A stretch of 40,525 bases of DNA from the NCBI GenBank assembly GCA_002299465.1, contig DBNX01000026.1:1-40525 (forward strand), read 5' to 3'. The notes below the pieces were generated by a model, which did no database searches, was not told the DNA's origin, and saw nothing but the letters and a program-made list of their open reading frames with translations. Below are positions 9,138 to 19,552 of this stretch, in pieces (position 1 is the first letter of the stretch; every line of letters begins with the position of its first letter). The position numbers and the translations under genes were made by a program. The stretch is from Patescibacteria group bacterium UBA661 (GTDB taxonomy: Bacteria > Patescibacteriota > Minisyncoccia > Phycocordibacterales > UBA918).

Positions 9138-10149
9138 GTTTGAGGTTAATATCATGATCAAAAGCATTATGATCACTGCGCTTAGAAACATAAACCGGCA
9201 GATCTTGTAAATCGGAATAACTATCCCCTCGACCATACAGTCGGCTAAACAACCACACCACCACACTTAACATAAAAACCAAGACCAAGAGTACTAACAA
9301 CAAGTAGTACCAAGGTAGATTGTAATAAAAAGCCGTGTCGTAAACATTCGATTGGTCTTTACCGTAAGCCAAAATGAGCGCCGCTTTATGTCTACCCATT
9401 CCCGTCAAAACTGGTAAGGGTTCTGATAATAACATCCGTTCGCCCGGCACGATTGTTTTCTGATTGGTGTTTACTGATACGGCTGCCAACTCATTACCAG
9501 CCGTATCGTAGATAATAACTTCTCCCACTGGAGTTAAGGGTGTATCTCCAGTGTTTTCAAGTAAAACTGATAAAGTGGCGTCGGGGTCTTTGAAATTTAT
9601 GCGCTCGGTAGTGAAATTAACAACTCGCAATTGCTCCCTAGCGGTATCAGCAATGACAATTTTAAGAATCACTTGCGCTCCTTCGCCGCGCATTACTTTT
9701 TGTTCGATTTGGTCGCGATTATCGCCTGCGGCAAAACCAATCAAAGCATGGTACGTTCCCGGTGGGGCGTGCGGATGTATCCTTACTGTCAAAGGCACCT
9801 TGCGTTCACTCTGCGGTGGCAACTCTAAACGCGCCCGGGTAATTTCAATCCAACTCGTGATGGTGGTGGCTCGGTCGGTCATGGCGGGGGTTACAAACTC
9901 TCTTATTTCCCCACCCGCATCAACCGCAATTTCGTGGACGGAGGCATAGAGGACCACTGGTAAATCAGACTGGTTGGTTAGGGTTATTTCTCGATCAATA
10001 ATGTCACGCGCTTCTGTGGTGTGATCGATGATAATGGGCGTGGCTGTAAACTGCGCCCCGACAACCGCAGGAAAGAGTAAAAATCCTACCAATAGAAAAT
10101 AGCTGGTGTAACTTTTCTTAATTAGCATTTTTAGATTTTGACTAAGCAT
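9115..10149 (-). CDS. DUF916/WxLIP-like exported protein with C-terminal TM
   Basis: Signal peptide, FTATPIIIDH, ITLTN, VPLTVRIHPHAPPGTYHALI, LENTGDTPLTPVGEV, TM LPWYYLLLVLLVLV; paralog of the 7503 protein. Confidence 0.72.
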   Translation of the reverse strand: MLSQNLKMLIKKSYTSYFLLVGFLLFPAVVGAQFTATPIIIDHTTEARDIIDREITLTNQSDLPVVLYASVHEIAVDAGGEIREFVTPAMTDRATTITSWIEITRARLELPPQSERKVPLTVRIHPHAPPGTYHALIGFAAGDNRDQIEQKVMRGEGAQVILKIVIADTAREQLRVVNFTTERINFKDPDATLSVLLENTGDTPLTPVGEVIIYDTAGNELAAVSVNTNQKTIVPGERMLLSEPLPVLTGMGRHKAALILAYGKDQSNVYDTAFYYNLPWYYLLLVLLVLVFMLSVVVWLFSRLYGRGDSYSDLQDLPVYVSKRSDHNAFDHDINLKHDKNQNN

Positions 10150-10158
10150 AAACTAACT

Positions 10159-13100
10159 TTAATAAGACGGTACGGCGATGTAGACAATTTCTGTTTCATA
10201 CAAACCAGCCGGTTGGGTTTCTGTCACCCGAATCCGATAAATTATATCATGTACATCTGTAGTCGGTATGGAGCTGTGCATCACCTCAACCGGCACCATG
10301 ACTAGGCCGGCGTAGGTATCATTGGGAGCAAAACGCGTCGAACCCCCACGCAAAACTGCGTCTGTAGTGTGATAACCAACGCAACCAGTAGCTGCTGCAC
10401 TACAGCCCGCCGCCCAACTCGTCGGGGCGGCATTGGTGCCAGAAACAGCTGGAATTGTAAATCCATTAGGACTCAAGAGGGGTTGTCTAGCATATTTCAA
10501 TACTTGGTAACCCTCAGTCGCGTTAGTCTGCACGGTGAGGCGGTGCGCAGCAATTCTATCCATCGCAAAAGTTAAATCGCCAAAACCAATCTCCGTAGCA
10601 ATCGTAGCCACATTGGTCACCACCCCGGCCGTTGTGGTGCCTGTCGGTAGACCGGTGACTGTTAAATTGAGTGATGGCCCCTCAGTGACCAGAGACGGCA
10701 AAACTTCGCCCCCATCAGCCGGCACCGTCGCGTTATCATTTACATAAACCAGCCGGAAAAAATAAACCGCCTTAACTCTGGCTGCCGCGTTACGAATAGT
10801 AAAACTATACTCGCGGGCTTGATTACCAAAATGAACATACCCCGTCGCTGCTGCGGGAGAGGAATTATGTCGACCACAACCATTACCCACACCCGCCACG
10901 CACGGCTCCGCATCAGAAAGCAGTCGTGTTGAAATGGTTTGGTTATCAGCTCCGCCGCCTACCTCATAACACCAGAGAGACTGCGCAGTACACGAGGAAG
11001 TAGCCACCATATCTACTGGATTAACGAAACTAGGATCGTCAGAAAATTGCAACCTAAACTTAGCGTCATTGCCTTGTACGTTACGACGTTCAAAAACGGT
11101 CACTCGTAAAGCCAAAGTATCTCCGTTGGCAATATTTATTGGAGCAACATTTTCAGCAGCTAGGGGGACAGTCGGCGTTTCGTTCTGCTGATCGCTGTAC
11201 CAACGCCAATTTCTGGTTACGGGCGTGAAGCCGGCGGTCCTAATTTGTGGATAAAAATTATAACCTTCAAGCGGCGTACCATCCCCACGCACCATTCGAA
11301 AACAATAATTACTCTGCGGCAGAGCCCCGTTGTGTTCTAGGTGCCAATCGTATTCAATGTAGTCTCCGTCCAGAGCCGGGAATGGATTAGGCGGAGATGG
11401 ATTACTGTGGACTAAACTACCCGATACGTTACTTACTGACAAAAGTAATCCGCCGCTTGGTGGATTAGCTGCTAGGTTGGCTCCGTTACTAGTACCCGTG
11501 GCAGAAAATCCCCGCCAAACGATACCGCTATCAGCCCCGCCCACATCCAACCAACTCCCTGGACTGACGGCGGAACAAGTGGTGCCGCGCAAACCATACT
11601 GCAGTCTAAAATCTACCAGACCCGCTGGTAGATTAGCATTAGATACACGCACCGCCATTCGGATACGGACTCGGTCTCCGACACCCAGTGGTTCATCACT
11701 GGCGGTGATGGTTGTGTTCTCTCCTAAATCAACAATGCCGGGTGGCCACGGATCACTTGGTGTCAGGGCATTGTTGTGAGTGTAAAATCGATAATAAGTT
11801 TGCCGCAAAGCCAAATCAGAAACGGGCCACTCAATCAATTCAATTCGGTATGTAAGCAGGGAGCCGGTATCACTACGCCAAATCTGAAAAGTGGTGGTGC
11901 TGGTTAGAAGTAAACCAGCAATTGGTCTTGGGTAAGTAGTGTTAGCACCAGCCGCCCGTGAGTTGCCCGTAATGGATGTGTTATTAAGTGCTTCAATTGG
12001 GGTTGGAAAACTCACCGAAAGAGACAGTGGCGCTGTTCCCCCCGTCGTGTTTCCGGCTGAACGCTGCACCCGCATGGCACCATTACCAGTTTGAGTATTT
12101 TCAATCACCCAAGCAACCGAGGTTTGTTCGACTGCCACCGACGCTCCTGCTTCCAGCTGAAAGGAAACCACACCGATGCTTGATAACCACACCTCATCAC
12201 CAAAATGGACTACGTTTACGGTGGCCCCAACCCGTCTTTGGGTATGCAAAAAAGTCCGCGCCAAACTATTTACCGCTGTGATGGCTTGAGTCTGAACTAC
12301 ACCAGCCGCCGTGTAAGTATGTTGCACACGCTGCACATTCCAATTAACGCCCCTAAATTCAACCACCGCGTAACTTACACTAACCGCCGCTGCTCCTGCT
12401 GCCGCTCGTCTAAAAATTGGGCGGTTAGTAGCCGCGTCCCACTCACTGGTAACTTGGCTAGCGTAATAATTACGAACAGGATCAGGGTTTTGTAGACCAG
12501 TAATAAAAACCACAACTTTACTATCATCAATCGTTCCGCTCACAACCGTACCAGTTGCTACTAATCCGGTCGTGGTGAAGTTGATGGTGTTAGTCTCCCT
12601 GACTACAATCTCGTTATCAGTATCTGGTTGACCAATAAATTCGATAATTTCCCAATCAACTCTGGTGGTGTTGATGGCAGTAGCGGGGCGAGCAATCGTA
12701 AAACTCGTTGCCAAATTACCTGGGTTGCTGATAAAAGCTGTAACATCGTCAGTGTTTTGTGCGCCCGCTACCGTATGACCAGCTCCGGTATAATGCGTGT
12801 TGGTGATTCGCACAAAGGCCCGCGAAGTACTGGCAGGAGCAACGTAACTAGTGCCCGCCAAAACTACCGCTGACGTACCGGAAACCTGCACACTACCCCG
12901 CTGAATCCTAAAATCTCGCTTGGGTGAAGTGGTGATTTCAGCATAATTTGTATAAGTGGCGAGTGGCGTACCATTAGCCGTCACCCGAAAACAATAAGTT
13001 GTCCCATAAGCAGTAAAATTAGTTGAGGTGATACTGTATTCTAAGTCCAAATAATTTCCAACAGGAATTGACGTTGTTCCAGAAAGCGATTCGGTATCAC

Positions 13101-16100
13101 GCACGCCACCATTACTGGCAATAAATGCTCCGGTGCCGTTATTCACACCACCACTAGCGATGGAAATATCGGTGGTGGTTTCCCCATTGGTAAGGAAAGT
13201 TGAATCACGCATATCCCAACCATCGCCAGCCTGCCCGACATCAGTCCAAACTGTCGCCATATCACAAGTAGTGATTCTCGGTGCATACTCCAGACGAAAC
13301 CGCGTAGGAACACTAGTTGTTAAACCGGTATTGGTGACAGCTAAACGCAACCGGATAGGTGAGTTAATATTAAACTCACTGAGAGCCACGTTCGCTTGAC
13401 CACCCGTGGCGGAAGTAGCGCCAGTTTCACTACCATTATCATTTCGCCAATGGTATGACAACTGATTGATGATTGGTCCTTGAATGCTAGTCGTGTTAGT
13501 TATGTTAATCTGGGTTGATGGACCAACGCTACCGCCGCCGCTAACGACAACATCATTCGCAGGAGAATTGATGGCGATATCAATAATTTGACCATTCTGA
13601 GCAGAACCAGTAACGTCATAAACAACGTAAACACAGAGAGTGGCTGTGGTCGAGATAGTCACCGCACCAGTGAACGTGACTGACTCATTGGGTCCAGAAA
13701 AGCCCCCGCTAGCCGTGCTTCCAAACTGCGTTTCTGTACCGGCATAACTTTCACTCGCACAATCAAAGGGTGTTGTTGTATCAATATCGTAAAACAAACG
13801 AACATTATCAATGCCCGTAGCACCGTTAACGGTACCAAGCTCCGTTACCGTAATGCTGTTTACAGAACGAGAGCCGCTATTTTCGATGATACTAAAAGCT
13901 CCCCCGCTGTACACATTAGCAGTAGCCACCGCGGTGGTGGCGATTTGTGTACCTAGACTTTGTACTTGCACATCAGCCACGATTGTCGCTCGGGGGTACT
14001 GTGTGTAAACTGATAACGGTAAGTCACCTCGCACCATCCGAAAACAGTAGGTAGAACCTTCGTTGGCGGTGGTTGTCGCCATAATTGAATATTCAAATTC
14101 TACAAACTGTGCCGGTAGAATAACCATAGCGGAAGTGGTCGCGCTGGTGTCTTTTAGGGCGCCGTTACTAACTAGAAATGCCGAACTAGGCGGGTCTGTC
14201 AAACCGCCATTAGCAACAATTATGTTCGTGGTGTTGGCGCCATCACTAATGTGCGGGGAATCACGCATCAACCAATCGGCTCCGAGCGCACCTACATTTT
14301 GCCAGTTTACTACCGCACTACATAAGCCAGTACTTTCGCCATATTGTAGAGTGTAAGTAGAACTTAGCGTGCTGGTGGATCCTTCGTTATTTACACCAAT
14401 TCTGATTCTGCGTTCAGCACCAATCTGCACGGCAGTTAGGGCGGTGTTTTGAATACCATTAGTGGCCGAGGAGGCAACAACCTCAGAACCATTGTTCAAG
14501 CGCCAATGAAAACCAAATTGATTAAGATTGGCATCAACTACTTGCGTGGTACCCGCCATCGCGACGGCGGTGGTGGGATGGACTTCTGTGCCACCGGAAA
14601 CAATCACATCGGTTATTGGGTTGGCTACGGCGATTTCAATTGTCTGTCCGTTCTGAGCTGAGTTGGTAACTGTATAGCTGACGTAGAAGCAAATAGCTTG
14701 CGTGGGGCCAAGGTTGATGGGTGGATTAGTGAAAGAAGCCGAGCCGTCTGCTCCCGAAAAAGAGCCGACCGTAGCCCCAAATTTCGCCTCAGTACCAGCA
14801 AAGGACTCACTCGCACAATCAAAGGGCGCGGTTGTATCAAAATCATAAAATAGCTCGATGTTAGAAAGTCCGGTTTGGGCATTGATGCTACCGTTTTCCG
14901 CAATAATTATTGAGCTTAGGGTGTGACTGGATAAAGCAGATAAAACAAAAGCGCCTCCAGCGTACACATTAGGGACGTTAGTCCTAGTCTGTGCCAGCTG
15001 AGTGCCGCGCGCTGACAATAAAACCTCGGGTCTAATATCGGCAATCGTGTTACCTATCACATCGGTTAGGGTAACGTTATACCAAGTAACGTAGATACGC
15101 TCAGAAGACATTAAGTTGGCTGTTATACCGTACAGATCAGCGGAAGTGCTACTGTGTGGACCTTGCTCAGCTTGCCAGGTAATCATACCGTCTACCGAAC
15201 GCCGGTGAAATACGTTTGCCGATGCGGCAGTAGCAATGGCGGAGCGGGCTGTGTAAGTGACATAAATATCACCTCGATAGGAATCTCGACTGATAGCCAC
15301 CTGAAGAAGACCGCGCCCTGCGACATTGGTAAGAACATCAGTTCTGGTCAGCCAGTTAGCACCATCAAACAACCTAACCCGAATATCGTGGTCGGCTGTA
15401 ACAAAATCATTGTTGTCAGTAACATAAGCTAAATAAATGTCTCCATTGCTAATATCTACTGTGGCAGCTATACCACCGTCATAGGTAGTATTTTGGACGG
15501 CTACTCCATCAATAGTAACAAAAGCCGTCCAAGCTGACCCGTTCCAAATACTAGACCGTAACACGTTTCCTACACTGCGGTTAATCAACATCACGTTGTC
15601 AGCGCTAAGTGGCATTAACAGACTGAAGCTGTTAGCGTTGCCTTGTGGTGGTGTGCCAACAGTAGTCCAACTCGCTGACACTCCGCAATTAACGCTACAG
15701 CGCCTTATATTGGTACCATCCCCGTCGTCGGTGGAAACGTAGAGCGTACCATTGGTAGCTTTTGTAATACTTGGTAAGTTAGTACCAGCAGCATAGATAC
15801 CAGCACAACCGAGACAAGTGGTAGTGGCAGTAGTGAGCAGTAAGGAGTCGTTGGTTGTGTTGAGACGATTATAAAACATTTCGTCATCACCGGTGTCAAT
15901 GGTTACAATGTGGACGAAAGAACCATTGTCTCCCGGTGTCCACTGGTCAAACCAGACTTGCATACCAATACAATCTGTTTGTGTATCTACGGGTACAAAA
16001 GTCCCCCACGAAGCCCCGCCGTTGGTAGTTTTGCTGTAACCACACATACCAGAAAATGGCACCGCCCCAAAACGATAAAACTTATAGCCCACCTGATCAT

Positions 16101-16308
16101 CTAGAAAAACAATTGTGGTGCCTAATTGGTTATGAACAGCCGCGGTAGTGTTGGGAGTAGTTGCTATTGTTGCCTGAGCCGCTAGCACCGGCAGGGGCGT
16201 AAGTAGAGCCAGCCAAAAAGCCACCCCCAAAAGCTCGATTAGCAAAACACCCACCAAGGTGCCTGAGATTGGTTTTTTACCGACAGCAAATAAACCCAGA
16301 TTTAACAT
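10159..16308 (-). CDS. Giant (2049 aa) exported repeat protein / putative adhesin with C-terminal WxL-like domain (type A)
   Basis: Signal peptide; N-terminal BNR/Asp-box-like propeller (KTTNGGASW, SVDGMITW); two kinds of internal repeat; C-terminus ...QPAGLYETEIVYIAVPSY. Confidence 0.85.
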   Translation of the reverse strand: MLNLGLFAVGKKPISGTLVGVLLIELLGVAFWLALLTPLPVLAAQATIATTPNTTAAVHNQLGTTIVFLDDQVGYKFYRFGAVPFSGMCGYSKTTNGGASWGTFVPVDTQTDCIGMQVWFDQWTPGDNGSFVHIVTIDTGDDEMFYNRLNTTNDSLLLTTATTTCLGCAGIYAAGTNLPSITKATNGTLYVSTDDGDGTNIRRCSVNCGVSASWTTVGTPPQGNANSFSLLMPLSADNVMLINRSVGNVLRSSIWNGSAWTAFVTIDGVAVQNTTYDGGIAATVDISNGDIYLAYVTDNNDFVTADHDIRVRLFDGANWLTRTDVLTNVAGRGLLQVAISRDSYRGDIYVTYTARSAIATAASANVFHRRSVDGMITWQAEQGPHSSTSADLYGITANLMSSERIYVTWYNVTLTDVIGNTIADIRPEVLLSARGTQLAQTRTNVPNVYAGGAFVLSALSSHTLSSIIIAENGSINAQTGLSNIELFYDFDTTAPFDCASESFAGTEAKFGATVGSFSGADGSASFTNPPINLGPTQAICFYVSYTVTNSAQNGQTIEIAVANPITDVIVSGGTEVHPTTAVAMAGTTQVVDANLNQFGFHWRLNNGSEVVASSATNGIQNTALTAVQIGAERRIRIGVNNEGSTSTLSSTYTLQYGESTGLCSAVVNWQNVGALGADWLMRDSPHISDGANTTNIIVANGGLTDPPSSAFLVSNGALKDTSATTSAMVILPAQFVEFEYSIMATTTANEGSTYCFRMVRGDLPLSVYTQYPRATIVADVQVQSLGTQIATTAVATANVYSGGAFSIIENSGSRSVNSITVTELGTVNGATGIDNVRLFYDIDTTTPFDCASESYAGTETQFGSTASGGFSGPNESVTFTGAVTISTTATLCVYVVYDVTGSAQNGQIIDIAINSPANDVVVSGGGSVGPSTQINITNTTSIQGPIINQLSYHWRNDNGSETGATSATGGQANVALSEFNINSPIRLRLAVTNTGLTTSVPTRFRLEYAPRITTCDMATVWTDVGQAGDGWDMRDSTFLTNGETTTDISIASGGVNNGTGAFIASNGGVRDTESLSGTTSIPVGNYLDLEYSITSTNFTAYGTTYCFRVTANGTPLATYTNYAEITTSPKRDFRIQRGSVQVSGTSAVVLAGTSYVAPASTSRAFVRITNTHYTGAGHTVAGAQNTDDVTAFISNPGNLATSFTIARPATAINTTRVDWEIIEFIGQPDTDNEIVVRETNTINFTTTGLVATGTVVSGTIDDSKVVVFITGLQNPDPVRNYYASQVTSEWDAATNRPIFRRAAAGAAAVSVSYAVVEFRGVNWNVQRVQHTYTAAGVVQTQAITAVNSLARTFLHTQRRVGATVNVVHFGDEVWLSSIGVVSFQLEAGASVAVEQTSVAWVIENTQTGNGAMRVQRSAGNTTGGTAPLSLSVSFPTPIEALNNTSITGNSRAAGANTTYPRPIAGLLLTSTTTFQIWRSDTGSLLTYRIELIEWPVSDLALRQTYYRFYTHNNALTPSDPWPPGIVDLGENTTITASDEPLGVGDRVRIRMAVRVSNANLPAGLVDFRLQYGLRGTTCSAVSPGSWLDVGGADSGIVWRGFSATGTSNGANLAANPPSGGLLLSVSNVSGSLVHSNPSPPNPFPALDGDYIEYDWHLEHNGALPQSNYCFRMVRGDGTPLEGYNFYPQIRTAGFTPVTRNWRWYSDQQNETPTVPLAAENVAPINIANGDTLALRVTVFERRNVQGNDAKFRLQFSDDPSFVNPVDMVATSSCTAQSLWCYEVGGGADNQTISTRLLSDAEPCVAGVGNGCGRHNSSPAAATGYVHFGNQAREYSFTIRNAAARVKAVYFFRLVYVNDNATVPADGGEVLPSLVTEGPSLNLTVTGLPTGTTTAGVVTNVATIATEIGFGDLTFAMDRIAAHRLTVQTNATEGYQVLKYARQPLLSPNGFTIPAVSGTNAAPTSWAAGCSAAATGCVGYHTTDAVLRGGSTRFAPNDTYAGLVMVPVEVMHSSIPTTDVHDIIYRIRVTETQPAGLYETEIVYIAVPSY
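10740..15027 (-). repeat. Protein-level repeats in the 2049-aa gene
   Basis: Module S (YD.DTT.PFDCASES.AGTE..FG) at ~15027-14530 and ~13975-13480. Module R (Q..[FY][HR][WF]...N..., [FY].L[QE][YF], YCFR) at ~14520-13980, ~13464-12930, ~11802-11235 and ~11220-10740. Boundaries are approximate. Confidence 0.8.
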
Positions 16309-16338
16309 ACCGGTTCATTACATTTTACACTATATTTG

Positions 16339-17970
16339 CTAGGTAGAAGTCGCTTTTACCCCACTCTCGACTGATATAGTTGGGTCTGTAATTGGTTCAA
16401 TTATAAGGTCATAATCATTCATCTCTAGACCACTTGGTTTAGTCTCATTATTTGACAAGGGTTTTGTAAGATCGAGTGTGAGCGGGTCATTCTCATCATC
16501 TGGTGGTGGCGGTTCGCTCAGCTTAACGTCACCACTAACCACATCATCACCCTTGATGGTTGGTTTATTTTGAATCAACGCTCTGGTCTCGCTGGTGGGT
16601 TCACTCTCCGGAATCTGCTCCGGAAGCTGACGTGGTAAAGTGTCGAGTTGAATGAATCTTTCCGCCAGCAAATCATAACCAAGAGTCACCACATCACCGT
16701 TGGGGTGTAGTTGATCATAGATGATAACCATTCGTGGATTGGCTACTGATAAACCGCTCGGATCATCCACTGTGACGTAAGTTTTTGATCTTATATCGTA
16801 CATTTCAATCGTTCGCTTACCACCCGTGTCTAAACGATTCCAAACCAAGAGCGAACCGTGGATATGGGGAGCAATATCATGAGCTTGGTTGGCAGAGATT
16901 TGTTGTTCAGATTTTCCATCGTGAAGAATTACTTCCCAATTTGAATCTACCCAACGTTGCCACACGGTGTAACTGCCTTGCCTGGAGGGCTCCATATTGT
17001 TGGTCGCATCACTGGTAAGCTGTTCTTCCTCACCCGTCGTTAAGTCGAAGGAAATAATTTGGTAGCGATCGTTAATCATTCGGTGCCAAACAATGGAATT
17101 AGAAACTTTATCAAAAACCGGCGCCGCGTCATCAGCTAAATTGGTGGTTATTTGTCTTTGCACACCTTCCCGCACTAAGAATATTTCTAAATCACCATCC
17201 TCGTCAGGAGCCGCGAATAAAGCGTCTTCTAAACCAGTAGACACAGTTTTATGGCAATAAAATGAACCACTCGCTAATCTTATACACTGCTCTTCTGTAA
17301 ACATAAAGCCAGTATCCGATTGATTTGTACTAATCGCCTCACTTCTAATCGGACCTATTAAATCCTCGCTAGGCACGACACTATCCTCAACCGTAGTTGT
17401 GGCACTGTTGTCTTCAGGTAATCCAGTATCTCCGCTGTTGTCAGTTGAAGTTGCCTGTCCTTCCGTGGTGGTTGCAACTCCTTCTTCTGCTGTCAGACCA
17501 GTACCAACATTATTGTCGATGTTTTCTTCTTCTGTTGTGTCTGAATTTGAGTAGGCAGGAATTGATGTCGTGCTCACTTCGTTAGAAGCATCTTCTAACG
17601 AAGTTGTCGTTTGCACGATCTCTTCAGTAGTTTGTTCTAAGTTGATTTGCGAATCAGCGACATTATTTTCTTCTGTCTGGTTTGGATGATTGCCAACTTC
17701 TGTTGCTGGTGAATTTTCGATTGGTTCAATAATTTCAGCTTGCGCTTGGACAGTCGGCGGTGTGAACTCCTGTGCAAATACAACCGAAACTCCCTGGAAA
17801 GCAAAGGAGGTTATAAGTAAAAAGGAAATAGCCAAACCGGAAAAAGTCCGATAGACAAAACGATAAACAGCCCCACGCCGACTAATCGGCGCTGACGAAG
17901 AAACCACACTGCAACGCGGACTGGGTCTGGCTCGAGGTTGAATTTTTTTGTTGGGTTTAACTTGACTCAT
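16339..17970 (-). CDS. Exported protein with an acidic/Thr-rich linker and TolB/PD40-like beta-propeller
   Basis: Repeats DGDLEIFL..QITTNLADDAAP, QLTSDATNNMEP, QISANQAHDIAP; signal ending VFA|Q. Confidence 0.75.
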   Translation of the reverse strand: MSQVKPNKKIQPRARPSPRCSVVSSSAPISRRGAVYRFVYRTFSGLAISFLLITSFAFQGVSVVFAQEFTPPTVQAQAEIIEPIENSPATEVGNHPNQTEENNVADSQINLEQTTEEIVQTTTSLEDASNEVSTTSIPAYSNSDTTEEENIDNNVGTGLTAEEGVATTTEGQATSTDNSGDTGLPEDNSATTTVEDSVVPSEDLIGPIRSEAISTNQSDTGFMFTEEQCIRLASGSFYCHKTVSTGLEDALFAAPDEDGDLEIFLVREGVQRQITTNLADDAAPVFDKVSNSIVWHRMINDRYQIISFDLTTGEEEQLTSDATNNMEPSRQGSYTVWQRWVDSNWEVILHDGKSEQQISANQAHDIAPHIHGSLLVWNRLDTGGKRTIEMYDIRSKTYVTVDDPSGLSVANPRMVIIYDQLHPNGDVVTLGYDLLAERFIQLDTLPRQLPEQIPESEPTSETRALIQNKPTIKGDDVVSGDVKLSEPPPPDDENDPLTLDLTKPLSNNETKPSGLEMNDYDLIIEPITDPTISVESGVKATST

Positions 17971-18021
17971 CTAATACAGCCTTTTGTAGCGAAGAGTAAG
18001 CCTAAATCCCACCACAAGAAC

Positions 18022-18065
18022 ATGATAACAAATACTTGGCAACAGCCGCGAGTTAGTTATCAACA
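18022..18065 (-). promoter_or_regulatory. Promoter with an upstream DnaA-box-like element
   Basis: Minus-strand TG-T-TATCAT (-10 at 18022-18027); plus-strand TTATCAACA at 18057-18065. Confidence 0.45.
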
Positions 18066-18084
18066 CGATTTTTTGTTGAGCGAG

Positions 18085-18852
18085 CTAATTTGTGGAGCCG
18101 AAAAACGAGCGGGCGAGGATAATCGAAAAATCAATAAAATTCATTCTACCATCAGAGTTAAAGTCGTATTGCTTTTGCCCATCGTACCAAGCTGACATAA
18201 AAATACTGACATCGCGCAAAGACACCTCACCATCACCGTCAATATCAGCGTTGATACCAACACTGACTTCCGCTACGATTCTTGCTGGATCTTCACCTTG
18301 ATTGTAAATAATAATGGACTGCCTTTCGTTCATCTTGTTTTTACTGAGAGCAATCGGTGTGCCGGAGCCATCCCCCGCCAGCAAGGTTCCGCCTTTTATA
18401 GTAAATTCTGTCTGCCCCGCTTTTAAGGTACGTGCCTTAATGGTGGCTATAAAATGTTCGCCCACAAAACCCCGCCGATAGGTACCGCCACCCATAACGA
18501 TGGTATCGCCTTGTACCTTTGGTTCAGTTGTCCAGAGTGTAATTACCGACTGACCCTGATCAACAGACGTGATAGCAATTGCTTCTGGGTCAAAGCGAAT
18601 CGAAATATCTAAAGCGTTAACCGGCACCGTCGCCACCGCATAAATATCGATTGAAAAATTTTCTCCCGCGGCTAACTGTTGTGCACTCGGCACCAATTTA
18701 ATGTATGAACCAGAAACTCCAGTAATAGCACTCGCCCCGAGTGCCGCCAAGCCAACGAACAACATTGGAAACATGTAGCGCAAAGTATTAGTTTTGCTGG
18801 CTATCCGCCGTCTCGGGATTAACTTACTGATTAGTTCATATAACTTGCTCAT
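18085..18852 (-). CDS. Exported cohesin-like domain plus C-terminal dockerin-like domain
   Basis: IKLVPSAQQLAAGENFSIDI...VNALDISIRFDP (cohesin-like); tandem EF-hand-like ADIDGDGEVSLRD.SI and YDFNSDGRMNFIDFSII. The true start may be later (MFPML, 18774). Confidence 0.78.
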   Translation of the reverse strand: MSKLYELISKLIPRRRIASKTNTLRYMFPMLFVGLAALGASAITGVSGSYIKLVPSAQQLAAGENFSIDIYAVATVPVNALDISIRFDPEAIAITSVDQGQSVITLWTTEPKVQGDTIVMGGGTYRRGFVGEHFIATIKARTLKAGQTEFTIKGGTLLAGDGSGTPIALSKNKMNERQSIIIYNQGEDPARIVAEVSVGINADIDGDGEVSLRDVSIFMSAWYDGQKQYDFNSDGRMNFIDFSIILARSFFGSTN

Positions 18853-19528
18853 GTTGTGTTAAAAAAGTAGTGCGTACTTGCTTGGCTGAGTCAGCGTATT
18901 TTTGCAACTGGGTTCGGAGTCGTGCTCCTTCAACTCGCAGTGATTCTAATTCTTCTTCATCTGTCTCCCCCGCTCGTAAGACGTCAATGATTTCTCTCTG
19001 CAAATAAACCATCGCAAAAGAGTATTGTGTTACTTCTTGTTCCGCCACAATTAAATTTCTGAGTGTTGTTAAAAACTGATCGTACTTTTCGTAAGGACCA
19101 ACTTGTTTGCGTTGTACCACAAGCGTTTCAAGAGACTTAGTTTTTTGCGACAATTCCATAAGTGTCAACGCTCGCCGAAAGGAAGCTGTCGCCGCACATC
19201 GACCAAAGAGACTATCCACTTCAATTAACTCATTTCTACTTAAACCCGTGTCTAGTTGTACTAATAACACCTCAAATCGGTCACGCTCCTCCGTCGAACA
19301 ATCAATGATGATTTTGTTGGTGGCTTCCGTAGCGCCACCACTGGCTAGCAGATTAACTAAATTAGCAACCTCTGCTTGAGAAATTGTAGCCGCCTGTTCT
19401 AGCGATAGTTGGTATTGATCTAATTTTTTGTTAGTCGTCCATTCGGCAATAGCAAAAACTGCCACCGCCCCAATTACCACCCCAGCCAGGCTAGCGAGTA
19501 GATTTAATCTTTTTAATTTGTCTTTCAT
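18836..19528 (-). CDS. Membrane-anchored helical/coiled-coil hypothetical protein
   Basis: N-terminal TM, helical body, two Cys (IDCS, GRCA); operonic spacing. Confidence 0.75.
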   Translation of the reverse strand: MKDKLKRLNLLASLAGVVIGAVAVFAIAEWTTNKKLDQYQLSLEQAATISQAEVANLVNLLASGGATEATNKIIIDCSTEERDRFEVLLVQLDTGLSRNELIEVDSLFGRCAATASFRRALTLMELSQKTKSLETLVVQRKQVGPYEKYDQFLTTLRNLIVAEQEVTQYSFAMVYLQREIIDVLRAGETDEEELESLRVEGARLRTQLQKYADSAKQVRTTFLTQHEQVI

Positions 19529-19552
19529 AACGATCTTCTCCTGATTTAATCA

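Noticed and set aside
9138-9266. ORF-track N-terminal extension MWWCGC... of the 587-aa ORF
   Set aside because: It overlaps the upstream gene by ~150 nt, and a normal signal peptide starts at ATG 9137.
13480-15027. Diversity-generating retroelement TR/VR pair
   Set aside because: Both repeats are in-frame protein domains that differ at all base types, and no reverse transcriptase is present.
17971-18066. 31-codon GTG ORF between the cohesin-dockerin and TolB-like genes
   Set aside because: It coincides with the predicted promoter and has no protein-like features.
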